Of a DNA stretch of 64,000 nt, positions 11,501 through 21,697 are shown piece after piece. The position numbers were made by a program, and so were the translations under genes. The notes under the pieces were generated by a model. The model was not told the origin of the DNA. It saw only the letters and a program-made list of their open reading frames with translations, and did no database searches. The stretch comes from Histomonas meleagridis 2922-C6/04-290x (lineage: Eukaryota; Protista; Parabasalia): assembly GCA_020184695.1 (NCBI GenBank), contig JAANOX010000068.1:62001-126000 (forward strand), written 5' to 3'. The number at the start of each line of letters is the position of its first letter. Positions within the stretch are counted from its first letter, which is position 1.

Positions 11501-14500
11501 CAAAATATTTAACAAATATATTAAGCGATTGAAGTGCAAGTTCTGAATCATCCCATAAACCATTTTCATTCATTTTAATACCAAAATGATAAGTAAATTC
11601 TTGTGATGAAATCTTTTTGATTTTTTCATCGAAATCTGATGGTGTTAATGATACATTTACTTTTTCAGGTGATTTTAATACTGGTTCAACATTCTTCTTA
11701 CCTAAAATTAATACTGAAGTTCTTCTTGCATGAAATGATTTTTGTAATGGATGAATTGGCATTATAGGATTTAATGATTCAAGAGCTTTTTCTGCTAAAT
11801 GTGGTGAATATCTTTCTTCATAAGGTTCATCAAATAAAATCGAATTTGGATGTAATGAATGTCTTGGACGTTGATTTCTTCTTTTTGGTGATTTAGTTGG
11901 TGATGAAATAATTTGTTTTCTTTTTCTTGTATTTAAACTATTATTTTGATAAACACTTTTATTATAAATACTTTCCATTACATTAGTTTTATATTCAGTT
12001 CTAAAGAATAAATAATGATATATTAATTTCATATAAACAAAAATTTGATTTGATAAATTTTCTTCAATAATTATTTTACCAAATTCAATAATTATAATTT
12101 TCTTAATTATATCTGAATCCTTATTAAGTGCTCTACCTACAATTTCAATTGTAGAGATTAATATGAAAATATTTTTAATTGAACATTTAATTAAAAATCT
12201 TGTTAAATCTTTTTGAAGTTTTTCATTTAATTTATAAAGTGCAACAATACTATAAACGGCCCAAAATTCTCCTTTTGCTATTTCTTCATTAGGTTTAATA
12301 TTTTCAAGCATTTTGTTAATTCCAGAATCACCAAAGTTTAAAGCAGCCCAAGAACATAATGGATAAACAGAAGGATAATTTTTGGTTAACTCAATTAAAT
12401 TATTTAATGTAACTTTAGATACATATTGTGGCATTATTTGATGTAATATTATATCCATATGATTTTCTAAAGAGAAATCTTTAAGTAATCCATAATTATG
12501 TGAATTTACTATAGTTGTAATAGTTAAACATAAAACTTCTGGATTATCTATATTAAATAAATATTGTAATAATGAAATCATTTCAAGAGAATTTATATTA
12601 ATAATTAAAACAGATTTTTGTTCGATTATTAATTCATTGAAAAATTTCATTAAATCAACAATTTGTAAATGATCTGGACATGTTAATATATTACTAATCA
12701 AATTACAAAAATCATTATTAGTAAATTTATAATGTACTATAATATGCGCAATCATTAACATTGAAGAACGACAATCTTTAACATTTAATTTTTCGCCTCT
12801 ACATCTTTTCATTATAGAATTATCTTCTTTCTTATAATAATAATAAGTTCGAAGTGAACAAATTAACCATTCAAATGAACGTATTTGTATTAAGATATCT
12901 CTTGTAGCAGGTGCTAATACACGTGCCCAATGTCTTAAAATTCGACGATGACTTTCAGCATCACTTAAAATCCATAAATCAATGTTCATTAATATGTTAT
13001 CATATAATTGAATTCGAAGTTTATCATTTGTTAATTCATTAAATAATGTAATAAATAATAAATATAAATTATATGTAATATGAATTGGATTTGATTTTAA
13101 TAATAAATGTGATATTATTAAAAATCCGGATTTATTATAAAAATTATTTTGAGCTTCTTCACTTAAAACTAATAACTTTTGTAATATTTCAATTGTTAAT
13201 TCTGGATACCCTTTAAATATTTGTTTGTTTTGAAATGTTATATCCCATTGAGCAAATAATGGTAAAATAATATCAACACCACAACGTGAAACTAAAACTT
13301 CATTGAAGTTTAATGAATGATTATATTTAAATGACTTTGGTGTTATCGTAATATTTTTATCTTTTCCAGTGTTTTTAACAGAAAGAATTCCATTATGTTC
13401 AATTGGCACAAAGAATGCATAAGGAATTAATTCTTTAAATGTTGAAATACATGGACCAAATTCATAAAGTTGTTGAATTTCATCTATTTCTAATGGTGGA
13501 AATATTCCAATGTTTCCAAGTCTTGAAGGAATATCACTAATTATAGAATCATTCGAAATTGCACCAATTTTTCCATTAGCAAAACCATTTGACATATAAA
13601 CATAAGGGAAGTAATAATCTCTGATTTTTTCTCCTTGAATATAAACTGTTACTTTCGTTTGATTAATTTCTATGGAAGGAATAAATGTAATAGATATAAA
13701 TGCCCATTGTTCAAGTGGAATTGTTTGATCACTTTTAACTGACCATTGTGATGTATTATCTTCTAATGATATTAATATTAAATTCGATATAATAAATATT
13801 CCGTATTTCGCATTTTTATTATCACATATTGAGAAAACTTGTGGAATATAAGAGAATTCTTCAGTGTTTTGATATATCCAAAAACTTACATTAATACCAT
13901 TAATGAATTCATTACTATTAACATTCATATAATTAAATGCTTCATGTGATATCATTGGTATTGAAGTTAAAGGTTTTCTTTGTGAATTATTTATCATTGT
14001 TAATAATGATTTAGTGATTAATGAATGATAAAATGGATAATATTTACCATCAATAGGTGAAAGTAATGATATAAAATTATATACAACTGATGTTGATGAT
14101 ATTGTTGACGATAAAAGCATTAAAAGTGATAATGCGCTTGCAAATAACTGTGGTGGAAACGTATTATCATTTCTCCATTCAAGTAATAACTCGATTATGA
14201 ATAAATCAAATTCTCCTTTATGAGCACTTTCTGAATTTTGTGTTGAAAATTGTATTAATTTTGCAATAAATAAAAATACGTCTTTAAGCATTTTTGATTT
14301 CTTGTAAATATTAATTAATAAATTTAATGCTTTTGGTTGACGTATTAAAAATGATGGATGTAATGATGATAATTGTTTTCCTGCAATTAGTTGAATGATT
14401 TTGGTGAACAAAATTGGAGTTGGCTCTGTTTCAATTGGGAAAATTTTTGTTATTGTTATTTCCAATGATGAAAGTTCCGCCTCAGTCATTTTATGATTTG

Positions 14501-16517
14501 AAGCTGTTACTGTTAAAAATGTTAAGAAATTATATATAAAATCAATTGTTTCTTTAGATTTATTGATTTTGCTTAAATTTTCACAAATGATTTCAATGAT
14601 ATCATTGAAAACAGTTACAAAAATTGGTTTATTGGAAATTATCTTATTTAAAGTAATTAAAATATCATTCAATATTAAAACTACTTCAATATCATCAATT
14701 AATTTACATGAACTTTTAATTATTGTAATGATAAGTTGTATTAATTCTTTATTTTCTATTGAATTTTCACTATAAATATAATCAAGTAATGTTGATAAAA
14801 TTATTGGACGTACGAATTTTTCATTCACCATTTGGATAAATGATTCAATAAAATATGATTCATTGAAAAACATCTCTAAAATTCGTGGTTGTATTAATAA
14901 ATTATGAAGAAACATAAATATACTTAAACGTGCATTTAAAATTGCTTCGCCAACTTCTTTAGAATTACTACTTAAATGTTGATAATGTAACATTGCTGAC
15001 ATTAATGATTGAGTTAAAATAGAAACTTCATTTTGATTAATTAACATGATTGATTGAGCTTGAATTATACGATGAATTATTTCAGCAAAAGATATTGGAT
15101 AAGAAAGTGATAAATCAATTGCAATTTGAATTGCATCGAAATTTTCTTTTAATAAAAAGTTTATAGCATAATTTCTAATTGTATTAATTTGTTTCCATTT
15201 ATTAGTTCTATCATACATTGTACCAGATTTATAAAATGTAATTTCATTAAATAATAAATTAATTGGAATTTTTATATCTGAATAAATTGATTTAATATCA
15301 TAAAATATTTTGTAAAATGTAACATAAACATCATATTTAAATTTATCTATTTGATAATTACCAAGTAATTCATTTGATGCAAGAACAAATGTTTCTGAAA
15401 ATGTTTTATTAGCGGAAATAATTTTAGAAATAATTGATAATTTTGGATACAAATTAGTAGAAATCATTGTTTCTAAATTTAATGAATCAGGAAATGTTAT
15501 TTTATTTGTTAAATCAATTGGAGCTTTAAATGTAGAATGTTTAAGTACAGGATAATCTATTTTATGATATATAACATCATCTAAAATTATAAAATTATTT
15601 AATTCATTTGTTTGAATAATTGGAGTAGTGGATTCTATATAATTAATGATTGAAAGTGGTAATAATTTAACATATGAATTAATTGTTTCTTCTTTAAGCA
15701 TCGTTGTTAAATGTGAAAAGAATAATAATGATGTAACATCTAATGTTGAAATATGTTCAAATGTTAAATGGAAAATAGAATTAATAACATTATATGGTAC
15801 TATTGAAGTACCTTGTTGAATAATACCATCAACAAATGTTATAAAATCAGATGACAACTTTTCTTGTCCCACATTTAAAATAACTTTTGCAATTTTTGAT
15901 AAAAGATAATAACATTCAGAAGGAATTTCTATTTGATTTGAAAAGAAATCAAAAAGAATATGAATATATTGTTGTGGCTCTTTTGGTAGTTCTATACTAT
16001 GGTATAGTTCACAAAGATTATAAAATGCTGAGATACAGACTCTTTTTTGATTAGATGATATTTTAAATTTGAGAAGTTTGTTTAATGAAGTGAGCATAAG
16101 AATGCAATTATTAGTAGTCATTAATTCCTCATTAACATACATTAATAGATATGAATTAAAAATTGTTGCTATATCATTAATGTTGGGTTTATGATCAAAA
16201 GAAGGTATCTTAAATTCAGCTTCAAAATGATATTGACGAAGAATATCTTGAAACTTTTGATGTGATTTCAATTGTTGTTGGATTTCTTTAAGCTTTTTAA
16301 TTTGGATTTTTTGATTAAAAAAATTATATTGTAATTTATTATTAACATTTTGTGTATTTGATGTCACATTCTCCTTACCAACATTAGATGGAGTAATAGA
16401 AAGAATTGAAGAACATAACTGATTCGGAGAAAGGAGACTTTGCATCAAAAATGTTAATTTTAAACCGACATTGGAATTGGATGTTTTATTTTGGATAATT
16501 AATAAACGTACATTCAC
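8568..16517 (-). CDS. Beige/BEACH-domain protein (ConA-like, PH, BEACH, WD40)
   Basis: 2649 aa; BEACH signatures [54 protein letters not shown] and GQVPPQLF; C-terminal WD40-like repeats. Confidence 0.96.
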   Translation of the reverse strand: [2649 protein letters not shown]

Positions 16518-16616
16518 AGTTCAATCGGAAAATAAACGTTTTATGATTATTTTTTAACGGTCGTCTATAGGCATATAAAAAAGTGACGGTGGTTATGGTC
16601 TCTTCTTTTCTTGTTC

Positions 16617-17081
16617 ATGACCGACCTTCTTTTCATTGCACCAATCCAAAAGAAAGACCCAAGAAAGCCAACATGGCATGGAATCCCACGCGTTGCCTTA
16701 ACACGTCCAGCTGTTGCTGCTGAAATAGATCCAGTCAAACCAGAAGAAATCCCAGTTCCAGAAAGGAAAACACGTGCTTCCATCCAAATTGGTACTATAG
16801 TAATTATCCTTGATGGTGAGTTCAAAGGAAAGCGTGGAGTCGTTTTTGCTGATAACGGAAATGGTATCGTCAAGGTTAATGGACCAGCCATCAAACCAAT
16901 CGAAATTGATCAAGATTTCTTAATTGCTACATCAACCAAGTTAGAAATTGGCAATGTAGACGAAGCAGGATCTGCTGCAGCAATCAATGCAGCTGCAGAA
17001 AAGATTCCAGAAATGGTCGACTATCTTAAGTCCACATTTTCTCTTAAACCAGGAGATCGTCCACACCTTATGAAGTTCTAA
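16617..17081 (+). CDS. RPL6: 60S ribosomal protein eL6
   Basis: GTIVIILDGEFKGKRGVV, DQDFLIATSTK and C-terminal STFSLKPGDRPHLMKF match eL6. First ATG is 16617 (the track's 16611 start is TTG). Confidence 0.88.
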   Translation: MTDLLFIAPIQKKDPRKPTWHGIPRVALTRPAVAAEIDPVKPEEIPVPERKTRASIQIGTIVIILDGEFKGKRGVVFADNGNGIVKVNGPAIKPIEIDQDFLIATSTKLEIGNVDEAGSAAAINAAAEKIPEMVDYLKSTFSLKPGDRPHLMKF

Positions 17082-17349
17082 GTGGTTTTCTTGGAATGAT
17101 GGTGTGATAATACTTACAATAAAAACAGTTTTTTTTACAAAACATTACATTTCTTATATATGCATTAGAAACTGGCTTAAGTCTTTTCTTTAAATTTTTA
17201 TGAAATTCCATTACACATTTCGATCAACAAAAAAAAATTTATTTCATCTAGGAAAAAATATGTTACGAACATCCATAAAATAATAGGAGAATGTATACAT
17301 AAATTAATTACACAAAGAAAAAAAAAGAAAAGTTAAATGGAGCGAACGT

Positions 17350-18255
17350 TTACTTTGATGTGAGTTGTTTTGTAAGCTGTGCGAATCTTTCTTGGTTTCT
17401 TTCGCTCTCTGGTATTGCATCGAGGAGGTTTCTAACAGCACCTGCCTTTTGTAAGTCCTGGCAAACAATCCTTATTACAGTTGCTGGGTAGTTACTTGGA
17501 TCACGTGGTAATCTATCTAAATCAATCATAAGATTTCCTTTTGGAAATTCTGTTATAAGCCTTAATGTAACATATAAGAGAGTCCATTCCATCTTTGGAC
17601 GTTTTTCAACAAAAGATGGAACAGCTTTTGTGATGATTAAAATTGAATATGGAAGACCTGATGTTGTAATGCGTTGCATGTTATCTGGGACATCTAATAC
17701 TCCTTTCATTAAGCAAAGGTTTAAGTAAGAATCATAAATTTCGGTTTGGAATGGAACTGAATGGAATAAAGAAAATGCTTTTGGTGGGTGAGAAGCAAGG
17801 TTAACAAGAGCATTTCCAAGCTTGCATAATGTTGGGAAATGAGGAAGGATGAGTTGAGGAAGTTTTAATCCGATGTTTGTTAATGCCATAAAAGCAAATG
17901 CTAATTCAATATCTTCTTGTCCATTCATCATTGTCATCAATGGAGCTATGACTCCATCGAGATCGGCTTCTGTGATGTTTTCGGCCTTTTCAACGATGGT
18001 TGCAATGAGAAGAGCTGCTTTAGCGCGTGCAAAAGGTTCCCAAAGAACAAAGTAACGATTTGTAATATCAACACCTGGGTCTGCTGAGTATTCGATGATA
18101 CGTTTTTCAAGTAAATTCTGTCCAAGGAAGGGTAATAATAATTTGATAACAGAGACATCAGAGCAATCTTGCTGAAGGAGTGCATCCATAGCACGGGCAA
18201 CTTGGGCAACTTCTTTTCCTGGCACAAAATTGGCTTTTGCTGTTGCTGCGTCCAT
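17350..18255 (-). CDS. Hypothetical alpha-helical (ARM/HEAT-like) protein
   Basis: Coding-like composition. ATG 18255 is preceded by Inr TCACTT (18260-18265); the track's 18297 start is TTG. Confidence 0.7.
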   Translation of the reverse strand: MDAATAKANFVPGKEVAQVARAMDALLQQDCSDVSVIKLLLPFLGQNLLEKRIIEYSADPGVDITNRYFVLWEPFARAKAALLIATIVEKAENITEADLDGVIAPLMTMMNGQEDIELAFAFMALTNIGLKLPQLILPHFPTLCKLGNALVNLASHPPKAFSLFHSVPFQTEIYDSYLNLCLMKGVLDVPDNMQRITTSGLPYSILIITKAVPSFVEKRPKMEWTLLYVTLRLITEFPKGNLMIDLDRLPRDPSNYPATVIRIVCQDLQKAGAVRNLLDAIPESERNQERFAQLTKQLTSK

Positions 18256-18872
18256 TCTTAAGTGACACTTTTGCTTGGCCGTTTTATGAACCTCCAACTA
18301 TAGCACTTCTGGAGCAACCAACTAACTATTCTTTATGAATAAAAATATCTTTCATATTATGTTTAACATAAAGGCGAAATAGTGATGATGAGGAGAGTAA
18401 GACAAAATGACTAAAAGAATGTTCAATGATAGAATATAATTATTATTATTTTTTCTATGAAAAAACATCAGGAATGCTTGTACTTCGAAAATAGCTTCAA
18501 TTTCCTGCAACTTATATTGGATAAAAAGAAAAAATCATTCAATTGATTTGACTTAATTTTGCAAGATAATTTTGCAAATTTCACATTACCTTTTTGGCAA
18601 CTTATCACGTGCATTCACTGTATAAAAGTAATGAATAATTTTTATAAAATAAATTTTAAATAAAATCAAAAAATATCTTTTGATACTAGTATCAATTTTT
18701 TATTGCTCAAGAAGTAATTGCTAAATATCAAAATGATTTATGATTATTGTTTCACAATCACCTAAGGTTCAATGTTTGGTCAGATGAGATCAAGCCGATT
18801 AAAAATTGGAAACGATGTGTGTAAATAATTCAATAATACGTAAAGCAATGAATTCGAGTACATTTTTTTCAT

Positions 18873-19490
18873 ATGTCAGTTGATTATTCAAAGTGTTGGA
18901 TATGCAAAGAAAAAGATCAAACAGCAAACATGATAGTACCATGCAAATGCGATAGGTGGGTTCATAGGTCGTGTTTGAACAAAAAAAGAATTTCTGATGC
19001 TGCCTATTATGATCATTGCCCAATTTGCAATACTAGTTATAACTTAGAAGTTAAACCAATGTCAAAATATCGTGTAGCAGCTGAAATAATTGGTTCGGTT
19101 CTTTTAGATATTTTAGTTGCTGTAGCAATTTTTGTAATCTCTTCGAAAATACTTGGCACAATATTGATCAAATGTCATGTCACATACAAAACCACAAGCA
19201 ATCCTACTTTGATGGGTGCTCTTACAATCTTTGCAATTATTGGAATCATTTCTATTATTTTTGGTATTTTCTATATCTCACAGAATGGCGTTATTTGGCT
19301 CGATTTACCAGACTTCCGAGGAGATAATGCTGGTACAGTTCTTGTAGTAATTGGCATTATTGTCGTTGCAATTGCTTCGATCTATTGGATATATATCACA
19401 TTAAAGAATCGTTTTGAACGCCACCAAAGAGCTGTTGGTGTAAAGCAAAACGTTGTAACAGACTACCTTCGAGGCATCAATAATGTTTGA
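18873..19490 (+). CDS. RING-CH (MARCH/RINGv) membrane E3 ubiquitin ligase
   Basis: CWIC...PCKC...VHRSCL...CPIC (C4HC3) followed by three hydrophobic helices. Confidence 0.88.
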   Translation: MSVDYSKCWICKEKDQTANMIVPCKCDRWVHRSCLNKKRISDAAYYDHCPICNTSYNLEVKPMSKYRVAAEIIGSVLLDILVAVAIFVISSKILGTILIKCHVTYKTTSNPTLMGALTIFAIIGIISIIFGIFYISQNGVIWLDLPDFRGDNAGTVLVVIGIIVVAIASIYWIYITLKNRFERHQRAVGVKQNVVTDYLRGINNV

Positions 19491-19712
19491 ATTTAATTTT
19501 TTAAAATGTAAAATATTATTTCCCGGAAATTTTGGTCAAGCAAGGTATAGTATATATAGAATCTTTGTTGTGATAAAATGATCATTTTTCTTTTTTCAAG
19601 TTTGAAGGAGAATAAATTTAAACGGTTTCCGGAACGGTTATTTTACGTTAAGAGATTAAATTTCGCATTGACTGCAGAAAACAATATTGGACATTTTGCA
19701 TCAAATTTAACA

Positions 19713-20096
19713 ATGGTGCTGCTGAAAGTTCTAATTCCATTTTACGCAAGTTACAAATCAATAGAATCTGATGATCAATATTCACATTCATTTTGGCTTC
19801 TTTACTGGGTTGTTTCATCTCTTTTCTCTTTCATTGAGATATATATTTTACCTGTGGTTTGTTTCTTACCATTTATTAATCAAATTCGCTTTTTATTTTA
19901 TCTTTGGCTCCAAATCCCAGTTTTCAATGGAACATATTTCATTCTTAAAAATGTAATTAATCCATTTTTCTCTAATAATATGCCTTTTCTTGATGTTTTA
20001 TTTCCCCAAAATATCACAAACATTTCAAATAGTTTCAATTATGTTATTGAATATATTCGTAATGTTTATAATAATATCTTATTGACATTTAATTAA
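19713..20096 (+). CDS. TB2/DP1/HVA22 (REEP/Yop1) family ER-shaping protein
   Basis: LIPFYASYKSIES, FWLLYWVV, FLFYLWLQIPVFNGTYFIL..VINPF. Start could be 19578, but two M3-like motifs at 19621 and 19633 favour ATG 19713. Confidence 0.8.
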   Translation: MVLLKVLIPFYASYKSIESDDQYSHSFWLLYWVVSSLFSFIEIYILPVVCFLPFINQIRFLFYLWLQIPVFNGTYFILKNVINPFFSNNMPFLDVLFPQNITNISNSFNYVIEYIRNVYNNILLTFN

Positions 20097-20314
20097 ACAA
20101 AGCCTGTGAAGGAATGAAATAACATTGCGTTTTTTTTACAGAAGATGTTGTTTTAAATATTTTAAAATTGTTAATAAATTTGTTTTGATGTTTTTATTTG
20201 GAAAGTTCCTTTTGTTGTAATATGAAAAGCATTTTAAATGTGTCTCTTTGTTCTGTTTGAGCAGCAGAAAAAATTTAACGTATGCTATCGTTCGCGGTTT
20301 AAAAAAAAGCTATT

Positions 20315-21526
20315 TTGGATATTTTTTTTAGCACAATTCATAGTATTGCAGATTCTCTTGGGATTAATCTCACAAATCGTCCAGTAGCTGATGTTTTAGT
20401 TAGACATTCAAGTGAATACATTTCAAAAATAATTAAAGATACCTTAGCTTTTGCGCATTCTTCTCGTTCATATTATATAACCCAAGATCATATCAATATG
20501 GTTTTGGAGTCTCGAAATGAGCAAAGTCTTAAAGGATATGATAATGTTCCAATTTATGCAACAACACCAACAAATGTTGATCAATCTGAATTGTTCCCAT
20601 CATGCGAATCTGTTAAAACGTTAGATGAGTTCATTAATTTGGAACCAGAACCAATACCTAGACCAATGCTTCAACATTATTTATGGACATTAGTTGAAGG
20701 AACTTACATAGGAAGTTATCTTAAGAGGAGCCAAAACCCGCCCAGAACGATCGAACGCTCTGTTTCAGTACCTCTTTCACAATTATTAACAAGAAATGAT
20801 GGAAATCGATCATTTCTCTCTGATACCGAAAACCCTCAATATGCTAACGACGTTCTCTGTTCTGAATACCAAAAGTTTTATATTTCTGTTATAAGCCTTC
20901 TCCGAAATGATTCTGTTTATTCCATTGAAAATGCTCTTGACAAGATAACAACTGAAGACAAACTCCAACCAATTCTTCCATACTTTCTCCAATTTATTAT
21001 GGGTAAGATAACCACATCTTTGCACTCACCACTTGAAATGTGTGTTCTCATCAGATTTGCAATTGCACTTGCATTAAATCGGTCCATTTATTTAGGTATT
21101 TATGTACACTCATTTCTCAAGATAGCGTTTGCTGGTCTTACATCACTTTCTCTGACAGATTCCATATGTGATGATGACTTAACAATTCGCAACTTTTCTG
21201 CTGAATTGCTTCGTATCATATGTGAGAGATGTGAACATTGCTTTCCCTCAGTCAAAGACTCGATATTTAATGCATTAGTTCGAATACTTTTTAATCCAAA
21301 TGTCACAATTAATTCACATTATGGAGCATTAATTGGTATAACCAAAATTGGAGAACCTTATACAGAGAGAATTATTCCACATATTCATTCATATCTTCGA
21401 TTTATAAAAAAAAACAAACAAAAACTTCGTGAAAGGAAAACGATAAATGAAATCATCAAAATAACAGAACAATTATGTTCCAAACAGAAGAACAACAAAA
21501 CACTTCTTGTAAATAAAATGATGTAA
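20315..21526 (+). CDS. TAF6: TFIID subunit TAF6 (start codon unresolved)
   Basis: Histone-fold H4-like N-terminus (IADSLGI...DTLAFAHSSRS..IT.DHINMVLESRN..L.GY), LQPILPYF, HEAT-like C-domain with SHYGALIG. Confidence 0.85.
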   Translation: MDIFFSTIHSIADSLGINLTNRPVADVLVRHSSEYISKIIKDTLAFAHSSRSYYITQDHINMVLESRNEQSLKGYDNVPIYATTPTNVDQSELFPSCESVKTLDEFINLEPEPIPRPMLQHYLWTLVEGTYIGSYLKRSQNPPRTIERSVSVPLSQLLTRNDGNRSFLSDTENPQYANDVLCSEYQKFYISVISLLRNDSVYSIENALDKITTEDKLQPILPYFLQFIMGKITTSLHSPLEMCVLIRFAIALALNRSIYLGIYVHSFLKIAFAGLTSLSLTDSICDDDLTIRNFSAELLRIICERCEHCFPSVKDSIFNALVRILFNPNVTINSHYGALIGITKIGEPYTERIIPHIHSYLRFIKKNKQKLRERKTINEIIKITEQLCSKQKNNKTLLVNKMM

Positions 21527-21697
21527 AATTTTTATTTTTAGAAAAAGCGATCAAAAGCGCTATTTTTCACCTTTCGCTTTTAATGTAAACCATTCTTTTT
21601 CTTGACAGGCTAAAATCACACAGAATTTTTCACACGTTTACACAGCCTATCAGAATTTTGAGATGTATGGCCCCTGTTTCAAATTTCATTTCATTTA

